Source: Cycas panzhihuaensis (lineage: Eukaryota > Plantae > Cycadophyta). Taken from it: DNA of 64,000 nt. The position numbers and the translations under genes are program-made. Every line of letters starts with the position of its first letter. The stretch's first letter is position 1. Under the pieces are notes generated by a model that was not told the origin of the DNA, did no database searches, and worked only from the letters and a program-made list of their open reading frames with translations. The stretch spans positions 208,575,741 to 208,639,740 of the forward strand of contig CM041465.1 in the NCBI GenBank assembly GCA_023213395.1. The letters are read 5' to 3'. Below, piece after piece: positions 51,047-62,430 of this stretch.

Positions 51047-54000
51047 TGTCACAAGAGGGAAATTAACCCCTAGTGATTTAAACTCTTCCATAAGTTAGAA
51101 CATGGGAATTAATATCATTAGTAATGGCATTATTTTATTAGAAGATAGTGATTAAGGTTAAAACTCGTAAGGTTAAGACTCAAAGAGGAGTGAATAGTTA
51201 TTAAGAGGACCTCAAGATAACTTAAGCAAGAAGTCAACTATTAAATGTTGTACACAAGAGGTGGCTTTTCATCCGTCTTCCAAATGACAAACTTCTTAAA
51301 GAAGACTCATTCACCGCTTGTCTAAGACAAGTCTTTTTCAAGACTTTCTTCTATATAAACATGTAGTAAGTGAAGCAAAGGAGGATGTCATCACCTAGGC
51401 AAGTAGAGTTTGCTAGAGTAAGGAGCAAGGAATAGAGACAAGCCATCAATGATAGCCTCTCCAAATTTTTTTTACTACATTCATGAAAGTAGGAGTTAGA
51501 ATCTACACAAGAAGGGTCAAGTTAGCCATTAGATCTTTATGAGAACTTTGTTATTTTTCTGAAAGTAAATGATAAAATTATTTTGTTTTGTTCTTGCAAT
51601 TTCATAAATGAACAGTAGATGAAGAACCTTTAATTTTTGTTGAAGAATTGCATGAGTCAGATTTTGTCATTTATCCAGGTATAACATGGCTCTATTGCAG
51701 TCATATGACTATCAACGGGATTGTATTGTGGCGTAGCCCACTTAGATAATGACAGAAATTCGGTACGAACTTAGAAATATCAAGTGTGCATGTAAAAATA
51801 ATAGCTTAGAATCTAAAATAATATCAAATTTACAATGGTAAATGATTAAATATCAAATGAAGTCTCAGAATAATTTCCCTCCTCAAGGTGAGGGGATCCT
51901 TCCAAGGCATAACAATGCCACAATGACCTTAGGCCATCATCCCTAATTAAATAAATAATATTTCAAAAGTGATTTACAAATGAATAGTGCTTTTGTATTT
52001 ATAGCTATAAGTTGGGGCCTATTTATTTTCTCTTTAAAACATTGACTTCCTATTTTCTCTCTTAAAATTGACTTCATATTCCTATTTAGAGCTGACTTCA
52101 CATTAATACATTAGGCATATAACAACTCTCCCCTACCTTAAGATACTTTACCCATGAAGTATAATGCTACATGAGGAACTATTTGGAGCCACATTCCACT
52201 TAGTCTTCAATCTGCCTCCTGCTAGGGCCCATATGTTGTAATATTTTGGTCAACCCTTATGCCATCTTCTGAGGATAATCAATATGTGACCTATGCATGT
52301 CGTTATTTGCATTTAGTACTAACTGAATTTTGTATCTCATCTAGTATAAGAACGATCTTGGGACTTGTGTAATGTTGATGGCGCGTGGCTGAAAACTTAT
52401 TTTTTGGTTGCCCATTTTGTTCGCAGGGTTCTAAATTTGGAAAGACTTGGCCCAAATAGATGAGGGCGAGTAATGGGGTTTGACAAGGTGATCAACAAGC
52501 ATTTTGTATCAGTGGGGGTGAGGGACATTGGAAGTTGAGAGGTGTGCACCAATGAGAATTTGATCTGGTATAGGGTACACACAATGCTAGGGGTTATAAT
52601 GAGTAAGGGATTGGTTGGACAATAAAAGATTTTAAGAGATAACAATTTAATAGGAGATGAATTCGAAATTAGTCCTATATGCCCTTTATAGCAAAGAGTT
52701 TTTTATGATGGTTCTAGGATGAATGTACAAGAAGATTCGAGGGATGAAACTAGTTGGAAATTGGGACCTAGATGATGGGACAGAAGTGGGATTGAGATTT
52801 CTCCTACAAAGAATTTGGAATTAGGAAATTTAGCTATGGGATATTTTGGGTTATGGGATGGAAGACCTTTTAAAGTAAGAGGAACAATAAAGCTACCGAA
52901 AGATGTGTAAATAGGATTAAGAACCATGTTGATTGCCTTGTTTGATTTGCTTGGTTGCTTGGACTCTTCCTTTTGCTGCTCAAGTTCTTCTTTATACCAC
53001 TCCTTATATTCTTCTATTTGCATTGGATCTTCTTTTGTTTGCTCATCAGTTGGTTTATTCTTCTCTTGCATGGATTGTTCATCATCCGAATCATAGTGTT
53101 CGGCAATTTCTTCTTTGGCTTTGACTCCCTTGCAATTAAGTTTTTCTTGTTCCCTATCTCCCATTAGTTCGTTTTAAATTTATCTTTTTAGGTCCTTATT
53201 CAATAGATAGCCTCCATTTTATGCTCTATTTTTGCATGTAATTTTTTAAATTCTCAAATATTTTTAAGACCAACTATCTATTATTATCCATATCAAATGA
53301 CTCAAATTGCATTGATTGCTAATCCCTAGAACTCTTCATATACTTCATATAGCAATGTCTCTTTCAAATGTTACTTAAAAATGGCCATGTAATATACCTC
53401 ATTACAAAGCTCTCCGAGTTGAAAGTCCACTACTTTAGATGAAATCACTTTTCGACACTTGCGACAGGAGTTAACCTTCCTCTATAAAAAGTAAAAAGGG
53501 CTGTAACCTCGTAAGACTTGAACACCCGGTTTTATGCACTTCCCAAGTAATCATTGGGTAACAGGAAGGAGAAGGAGAACTAGCCAATTTCAATGGTTAT
53601 ACAATCTGACTTAAGTACATGCCAACATTGAAAAAGAAATCATCTCCCTCCATCAAAAATTTTCGCCCCCTTTCAAGGGTTTGCGTGGAACGATTTTTCT
53701 ATCTGCGATTTTTGAATGTCGACAGGTTGCTTTTGCTCGGGCCTTTTTATCACGGTGACTACGTCTATGTCTCAATAATGACAAACGTCTTTGGCTTTTT
53801 GGCGATCATCAAACGAAACTCCTTGGTCTAGCACTGACGCTTCAAACTTGCCATTGTGTTAGATTATGAACGCTCCTGCTGTGGATCGTTCCACGGAATG
53901 CGAACTAAATGCAGTCCCATTCGGTCATCAGTCCTGCACTAGTTTCAAGGCTTCCCGTATGCTACTTCTATCTCACTCTCTCGGCCCTCACGGTTCTTAT

Positions 54001-56378
54001 CGAAACTTCTTGGGTCATCGCGAATGTCTCCTGCATCTAGAACGCATCTTGTCTTTGCCTACGTACGCCACGATAAAAGCCTTTTAAGATTACAACGTTA
54101 ATATTAATTACTGTCTATTTGTTAGCCTGTCCGAATGCGTTCTTTGGAACCGCCGACCGTATGCCAAAGCTTGGCTCTGCGTAATTTCCGCTGGTCTATG
54201 GCCCGACCAACATTTCATTAGCGTGAGTGTTCGGTCGTACTGCTGCTTGTCTCGGTGCCAATTGTAACTCTTTTGCAGGTCAGTTGCACATTCTCATACG
54301 GAAATTCGGTACAAAATTCAGAAACAATGACAGAAATTCAGTACAAATTCAGAAATATAAGGTGTGCCTGTAAAAATAATAGCTCAGAATATAAAATAAT
54401 ATAAGTTCACTTAGATAATACAAAATTTTGGTACAAACTCAGAAATATAAGATATGCTTATTAAAATAATAGTTCAGAATATAAAATAATATTAGATTTA
54501 CAGTAGTAAATGATAAAATATCAGATGAAGTTTTTGAATAACTGCCCTTTTTGAGGCAAAAGGGATCCTTGTAAAGTATAATAGTGCCCAGGATGGTTTT
54601 ACATCACCATCTTAGATTAAATAAATAATATTCCAAAAGTGATTTACAAATAAATAGTGCTCCCGTATTTATAATCATAGGCTGGGGCTTATTTATTCTC
54701 CCTCTAAAAAACAGATTTCTTTTTTTTCTTAAAATTGATTTTACATGTCTATTTGGAGCTGACTTCACATTAATACATTAGGCATGCAACATGTATGAGT
54801 AGTCATATAGTGGTATGGACTTGATATGGCCGCAAAATATTTATTAGGGCTGTATGATCTTAGTAACACACTCAGTACTCTGAAATTTTTAAAAGTAGAG
54901 AAACCAACCATATTATATGGCTATATGGCCCTCCAATTCAAAATTGTATGGATTTGGAGTGTGTGGGCCATACAAGCTCAGGTAAGACACAATTAGTCCC
55001 CATAGGGATTCGGGAATTTATTTCCTAAAATAAGAAGTAAATGGAAAATCTAAATTCTGAAATACTTATGGATGTAACATATGCATTTTGATTACACGAA
55101 AATATTCTCTTTGATAATGTTTCAATTAATGAATCAATTAATAAGAGGAAAGTACACTGGATAGGTGGAATAAAATTTAAAAAGTCAAAACTCTGTGCTT
55201 ACATATTAAGCTCTTTTATGCATTTACCATGCAAAAAGAGATGGGTGCATGATTGGCATATGAAAAACAAAATTCAATTCTTATCTTTAATGATCTCCAG
55301 CATTAATAATGTATTTAGAGATTAAATTCTGTTTACATATGACAGTTCATGAACAAAAAATACAATTTCATGCATCTATTGAAAGGAAGACTTACTATGC
55401 ATGATGAAATGTCATTCACTATTGAATGGTGGTAATTAAGACATTCAAAAGCAATTATGTACAAGTCTTAAATGTATATTGCATGATCAAAAATCGATCG
55501 TTGTCTTAGTCTAGTTAGAAGAATGAACATGGATATGCATGATGTATAGTTTTGTGGGATTGCAAGTCAAACAATGACCTTGAAAAGGACTTCTATGTTT
55601 CCTTTGACTTGCAAATTGGATTTATGCCATGGTGTGTTTGATCACATTTGATAATAGAATGTGGATGCAAATATTATAGTGAAATCCTTAGTCACAAAGT
55701 AAACCCACAAATCAAAAGAAACTGAAACTATGGCTTGTACTACCCAACCATCCCATGATTACCTTCATGTGTCAAGGAGAACTAATTACCCTCTTTCATG
55801 TGTCCCTTGAGGAGAGTTCATTGAACCAAATTGTTGGCCCTCTCACATTCGTTGTTTGGGGGGAACCTCTTAAGGAGCCTTACTAATATTTAATGGATAA
55901 ATTGCCCTTTGACATCTGTTGCTTGAAGAGAACCTCTCAAAGAGGCAAATGAAGGAGTAACTCATCGGCACACTTAGTGCACGTGATTTCCTACCTAAAT
56001 GGATTTGAGATGGTTATAACTTTATGCATGGTAATGTTTAAAGAAATCAAAATGGGATGGAATGAAAAAATCACTTGGTGGATATTACCAACAAATGGAT
56101 GCTTGTGTACTCAAGTATACTCCTATTGCTTCTCTTGGCTTGCGGTACCATTGAGGGAGAACTCATATGAGTATTACAACACCACTATGATGGGTTGGCA
56201 TTAGCTCCACTTGGTAGTAGAAATGTTGGCATGTCTTGTGTAAACTACAAGACTTTGATAATTGCATCCTTGAGACATGGATCTTCAAACAAATAATCGG
56301 TTATCCACTTAAAGGTAATTAATTTACATCACTTATAAAAGAAAAGTTGCTCCTTCTAGGAGAGAGTGATTACCTCTT
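51047..56378 (+). repeat. Large LTR-like sequence (family of 32952), interrupted by E2 and D
   Basis: Starts TGTCACAAGAGGGAAATTAACCC; similar to 32952-33600; sequence resumes after the E2 TSD. Confidence 0.5.
51727..54791 (-). mobile_element. E2: non-autonomous ~3.1-kb LTR element, same family as E1
   Basis: LTRs 51727-52124 and ~54263-54791; TSD TGTAT at 51722-51726 and 54792-54796; PPT TAAGGTAGGGGAGAG; PBS-like TGGCACCGAGAC (54249-54260, -); ORF 52703-53164 homologous to E1 48604-48975. Confidence 0.85.
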
Positions 56379-56976
56379 TGTGTGTGGCCTAACAACCATT
56401 TTAAGGTGCGGCTGTATAGCAAGGTCTACTGCTACTACGGCTGCTACAATAAGGTTTGCTGCTACTACAAGCTCTGATGGCTCTCATCACGCAGTGAGGA
56501 TCGTGGTACAACAGTGAAGGTCTGTGGCTGCAACAGTGAAGATTGCAGCTACAACTGCGAGGATTGCAACTACAACTAAGGACTACCGGGAGTGCAACCA
56601 GCAGACCTAAGTGCAACTTGGGCTGACTGTGGGCAGCTCGGGCAGAGATGGGCAATGGGCAGATTAGTTAAGATAGGACAAAATTGAAAAAACAATTATG
56701 TAACCATGTGTTAATTACATATAAAGAGGTAGAATAGACATGAGGGAGATATCAATTGTGTGTGTATGCGTCTGGTTGATCTGGCTGGAACCCACACATT
56801 GGGCGGGCTGTCCTCTAGTTGTAATTGCTCAAGCATGCGTCTGGTTGTGAGAGGACCAGACGCAGTGCCCTTTATGCCATGAATAAAGTTAGTTATTGTT
56901 GGTCTCACCAATTTTGTGTCTCTCTTTCACTATGAATTCTATATGTTAGGAAATGTGAAGCGAGGCACATACATTT

Positions 56977-56991
56977 TGGTTCCGTTGCCGG
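56977..56991 (+). promoter_or_regulatory. PBS, tRNA-Glu(CUC)
   Basis: 15-nt TGGTTCCGTTGCCGG just after the LTR-terminal CA. Confidence 0.85.
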
Positions 56992-57038
56992 TTTTCCTAA
57001 CCAAAGAAAGATGAAACGTTGAAGATCAGAGGCTGTCC

Positions 57039-60000
57039 ATGCCACCGAGGGCTGACTCGTTGAGAAAGGTTGAGTCAAGAGAAGAAAGAAGTCAACGTTG
57101 GGACGCGGAGAAAAGCCAGGAAGGCACGCACAGACCCAGGGAGCCGATAGAAAGAAAACCGGTGAAGAAAAGAGTTGGGAAGGGGCGGCAGGAAGAAAGC
57201 CAGACCCCAGTTGCACGCACAAGGCGTGGCAGAGAAAAGGAGGCCCAGGAGGACAAGAGACAACTAGAAGAAGAAAATAAAACTGAAAAATATATTTCTG
57301 AGGAAAAAGAAGAGACAAGATAGATGAGAGAGGGAGACCTGCAAGAGTCTCAAGATAGACAAGAAGAAGGTAAAGACCTCCAAAATTGTGGAGATAACCA
57401 GACAAAGGAGAGATAGTTGAAAATTTCTGAAGAAAATCAAATTTCTGCACAGAAGCAAATAAATGATTTTCAGATTTCTGAGAAGGAAGATAAAAATCAA
57501 CAAGAAGCAAGGCTGAAAAACCAGCAAGGTTTAAGCCTGAAAGGAGATTAATATTTGCTGAAAAATCATCAAAATTCAGGGCTAAAAAACAGCAAGGTTT
57601 AAGCCTAAAAGGAGATGACTATTTGCTGAAAAATCAACAAGATTTAGGGCTGAAAAACCAGTAAGATTCAGGGTTGAAAAATCAGCAAGATTTAAACCTG
57701 AATGAGGATGAAGGGTTGCAGGATGTAAGGCTGAAAGATCAGCAAGACTTGAGGCTAAAAGAAGACAGATATTTCCAGATTTCTGGAAAAAATTATCCTG
57801 AAGATTTGCAAAATAAAGACTTGAATAAGGAAAGAAATTGGGAAGAATTGCTGAAATCTGAAGAAAATCAAAGAAATCTGCTATACCCTGAAGACTTGTT
57901 ACTGAAACCTGAAGAAAATCAAAGAAGAGATTTGCTGCATCTTGAAGACTTGTTTCTGGAACTTGAAGAAAATCATAAAGAAATCTTGAATTTGAAGGAA
58001 ATCAGAAGAATCTTGAAGATTTGTTGAAGAAAGACTTGCTGAATTCTGAAGATTTGCAGAAGAAAGATTCGCTGCATTCTGAAGATTTGCTAAAATTTGA
58101 AGAAAATCAGAAGAAACCTGAAGATTTGTCGAAAAAAGACTTGTTGAATTATGAAGACCTGCAAAAGAAAGATTCGCTGAATTCTGAAGATTTGCTGAAA
58201 TTTGAAGAAAATCAGAAGAATCCTGAAGATTTGTCAAAGAAAGATTTGCTGAATTCTGAAGATCTGCAGAAGAAAGATTTGCTGAATTCTGAAGATTTGC
58301 TGAAATTTGAAGAAAATCAGAAGAATCCTGAAGATTTGTCGAAGAAAGACTTGTTGAATTCTGAAGATCTGCATAAGAAAGATTCGCTAAATTTTGAAGA
58401 TTTGCTTAAATCTGAAGAAAATCAGAGGAACAAACTGTTGAAACCTGCAAAAAATCAAGAAGAAGTTCTGAATATGTAGAGACTTGAAGAAAAGTAGATT
58501 GCCACAGAAAAAGGGAAGTCAAACAATTTGGAGGTATATAGTACCACCACAACAGGGTGGGACTATTACATTGTGGAGATAAAAGAATCCCATTCCCATG
58601 TGTTAAATCCGTTGTATAGAATGACTGGGATATTTTCAGGCTCATCATTTGTGGAAGAGAGCCCAGAAAGTGTAGTCCTAAGGCAAGGGAGGAGTGAAGG
58701 AGAACTTAACATAATTGGACCAGAATCCTCAGGTCCGAGAAACATGTCACAAGGCAATGGAATAGGAGGAGGAAACCAAACGGTTCCTCCATATGTAATA
58801 GTCCAGAACGATGCTATGTTTGGGCATTTACAATTTAATGGCTCAGGAGATCTTGGAGACCATCTGGCTCTATTCTCTAATATGCTGAAGATTAAGAAGA
58901 TTAAAGACCCAGAGGAAATTAAGGCAAGATTCTTCTCCATGTTGCGCAAGATAGCAATTGCATGGTACCAGTACGTAGCGAAGACAAATCCCACTTGGGA
59001 AGTGGTCCTGACACAATTCTTGGGCAAGTTTCAGCGGTTAAGAGATCCAATGTCAATATTTCAGGCTTTGGAGGAAATCAAACAAGTACCAAGTGAGCCA
59101 GTTAACGATTTTGATGGCAGACTTAAAATCATCCTGAATAAAATGGATCCTCTTATACCAATGAATCCAATGCTGTCTCTGAAGTATTTTGTACAGGGGT
59201 TGCTACCCCATTTGAAGGAGAAAATTATGTTTCATCCTTTGAATAGTTATGAGCAGGTCAAAGACTTAGCATTACATTTTGAAAATCAGATGAGGACAGC
59301 ATACTTGCAGAATGGAACCCAAAATTTTGGGCAAACATCCTTACCCCTGTGGACCACAAACCCAGAAATTGAGGTTTTAAAGAAAGAGGTAGAGATGTTA
59401 AAACAACAACCCTTGGTAATGCCTGCTGAAATGAATCAGCAGAATGGAGAAAATGAAAAACTAAGGATGGAGATAGCCAGATAAAAAATGGGAAAATCTT
59501 GAGAAAACATATGGTGCCCTCCCCCTTGTGGACAACCAGGCCACTTTAAAAATGAACATCAGCAATTGGAGAGAAGATGGTGAGAGTTTGCAAGAGAGGA
59601 AACCACTATACGTGGGAATGTTACCATAAGAATCCAGTAAGAGAATCTTTCTATCAAAAGAAAGAAAATTCTTCCTTTAAACAATACAAAGGCAAGAAAA
59701 AGCCAGTTTGTTGTTATTTGTGTTCGAGATGGGGGCATTTCAAGACAGATTGTCCACTACAGAAGCAAGGGAAAGATTATATCTGCGAAGAATGTGGCCC
59801 AACAGACCATGAGTGGCAAATTGCCCAAAGAATTTTGGCCTGAAAGTGCAGACTTCAAATCTGGCTACAAAAATTTTGGACAAGGAAAAGCCAGTGTATA
59901 TTCAAACGAGAAGTGGAAGGGTCATAGATGCAACAAGTAGTGAGAATTTCCCAGATCCAGCAGTGGAAAAGGCAAGACTGCAAGAAACCGTCAAAGCTAT

Positions 60001-60620
60001 ATAAGAGGCTACAAGAATTGTGCAGTTAGATGAGTTTGAACAAGCAAACCAGTTTAAAGGACAAGTATACCAAAGGCAACCACCAGCGCATGGAGAGCAA
60101 TTGGACAAAAATCCTTGGCAGAAACTGCGAGATGTAAGGGATTTGTTAATGGAATCAGGTATATCTATCCCTATAACCGTTATCTTTAAATGGTGGGAAG
60201 CCAGATATTTTTTAGATCATATGGAAAAGCCAGTGTTGCGAGCAACGAAGATGGATGCAATTGATCCAAGAGTTCCAATGACTTTGTTTGGAACGATGAT
60301 TTGTAGAACAGTAGTGGATGGTGGATCAGTAGTAAATGTGCTCCCTGAATCCACATGGATTTCATCGACGGCAATTGGTTTCCCCAGATTATGCAATTCG
60401 GTTAGCTAACCAATTGCAAGTTCAACCAATGGGATCTTTGCTGAACATTCCAGTGACAGTGGCGGGAATCACGGTTTGCCTAGATTTTGCAGTTGTAAGA
60501 ATGTAGGATCACAATAAAACATATCCTGCACTCTTAGGACGACCATGGCTATTGGCAACAGAGACTTTGCAAGATTGGGGAAAGCTGACCTTTACTTTAT
60601 ATTCTGTAGGAAAGAAAGTT
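57039..60620 (+). pseudogene. gag-pro: Element D gag (MPPR start, repeat-rich N-terminal extension, CA, 3 knuckles) plus protease
   Basis: FNGSGDLGDHLALFSNML..KARFFSMLRKIAIAWY..TWEVVLTQFLGKF..IKQVPSEPVNDFDGRL..YFVQGL; CKRGNHYTWEC, CYLCSRWGHFKTDC, CEECGPTDHEW; VVDGGSVVNVLP..LLGRPWL. Confidence 0.88.
58010..58430 (+). repeat. 105-bp (35-aa) coding tandem repeat, about 4 copies
   Basis: GAAGATTTGCT.AAAT at 58081, 58186, 58291, 58396; peptide EDLLKFEENQKNPEDLSKKDLLNSEDLQKKDSLNS. Confidence 0.92.
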
Positions 60621-61261
60621 GTATTGCCTCTTTGCTCAGATGGACCACATATTAAAAAGGTACAGGATGAAGATGGGGTGTCCTCAACTACTGCAACCTC
60701 GGCCACCATAGCAAGTCGTCGTTCGGAGAGAGCATTCCAGGCTATGAAGACTCCCTCGCAGATTTCAAGTGAAACATCATCAACATACTTGTTGGATTGG
60801 TTGCAATCTGCTTGGGAAGAAACAGGGGATAAGTCCTCAAAATGTTATCTTATGGAATTGTGTCCAGATCAACAGCAACTGGAAAAGGGCGGAGAAGGTA
60901 TGAATCAAGGGGTTAATACCTTACCGCTTAAGGGTTGGCCATTAACTGGTATCGATCAACTTCGTCCAAGTTTGGTGCAACAAGGACAAAAATCTTTCTT
61001 GTAGTCTTCCCAGCAATTTCAACTGTTTCAACTTTTTGACTCGGCCAGAAGAACAACTATTACTTCAAGCCCAAGCACAAACACAAGGGAATGTAACCTC
61101 TTTTGGCTCTCCTATTTGTGGGGAAATGGATCTCCGAAGGTTTAGGGTTTTGTTAAGGTGGGGCCTGACTGGTAAAGATGGCCAGTCGACAGGAAGTGAT
61201 GGTTCCCAGTGTGTGGGTTCTCCAATGCAAGCAGCTTCTCCTATGATAAGGGCCTCTTCAC

Positions 61262-61637
61262 AAGATCAAGTAGAGAGCTTAAGAGTGGCTCAGCATCTCA
61301 GGACAGAGCTGGACGTTTCCTACGATCAACGACTGATTCAATTATGAAGCTGGACGAGACCAGGGCATGAGCATTGTGGGAATTGAAAGTGGAAAAGAAA
61401 AGGTGGAAAGCATGGCACGACCGCCACCTTAAAAAACCTGAATTTAAGGTAAATGATTTGGTATTGTTGTATGATAGCAAATTTAAATTTAAACCCGGCA
61501 AAATGAAAATAAGATGGTTAGGTCCATATAGGATTAACTGTATTCATGATAATGGAGCAGTGAAATTACAGCAATTGGATGGCTAGCCATTGACTAAATT
61601 AGTCAATGGCAGTAGATTAAAGTTGTATAGAATGTAA
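61262..61637 (+). pseudogene. Element D isolated integrase C-terminal region (coiled coil plus GPY/SH3-like)
   Basis: VESLRVAQHL..QRLIQL*KLDETR..KAWHDRHLKKPEFKVNDLVLLYDSKF..GKMKIRWLGPY..GAVKL..VNGSRLKLY. Confidence 0.88.
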
Positions 61638-62148
61638 TAAAAAAAAAAAAAGTGGGAACATCATTAACTAAGGGGCAATTATCCTTAGTAAAGGTGTTAC
61701 AAGCTTCAAAGATGTTCACATCATTCCATTAACTGGTTGAAAATGGAATGATGCGAACATAAAGTAAGGTCGTGGATGCACATAAGGAGGTGCGACGTGG
61801 GTATAAATATCATGAAGGACGCACATATATTAATCATGAATGATTAAGGGACGTGGGCATAGAAAGACGTAAAGGAAGACATGGTGCAGACAATCAACGG
61901 AAGTGCAGATGTGATATGTAACGACCCACAATAACTACCTAGATATGATGAAGTCTAGTGTAAGTACGGCACACGGAAATGAGGAGTTGTGAAACAACTT
62001 TACATCGGAAAACAGTGGCGGGGACAAGACAGCAGCCCATAGAATCCAGGACGCAGTTACAACACTGAGATAGGTGGGTGCATTCGGGGCAGAATAGGAG
62101 TATAATTGCAGCACCACTGTGTTGTAGCAGCATGAAAAGGAAGTAATG

Positions 62149-62367
62149 GAATTGCAGCGGTAAGCAACCAGCAGTGACGGAAGAAGTCGGAATTGCAGCA
62201 GTAAGCAACCAGCAGTGACAGAAGAAGTCAGAATTGCAGTAGTAAGCAACTAGCAACAATGGAAGGATTTAGAGTTGTAGTGGCAAGTAACCAGCAGCGA
62301 CAGAGTAATTTAAGTCACATTGGCAAGCAACCAGCAGTGACGGAACGATTCAAAGTTGTAACGGTAA
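62149..62367 (+). repeat. 41-bp tandem repeat (about 5 copies) upstream of the extra ORF
   Basis: GAATTGCAGC.GTAAGCAACCAGCAGTGAC.GAAGAAGTC at 62149, 62190, 62231, then more diverged copies. Confidence 0.9.
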
Positions 62368-62430
62368 GACGACACGGCATTACAACTGACAAGGGAAACA
62401 ATTGTAAGGCAGACTAAGTCTAGGGAACGG

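Noticed and set aside
62149-62367. 41-bp repeats (also 27012-27250) as a CRISPR-like array
   Set aside because: Head-to-tail tandem units with no unique spacers and no cas genes; they lie inside LTR elements.
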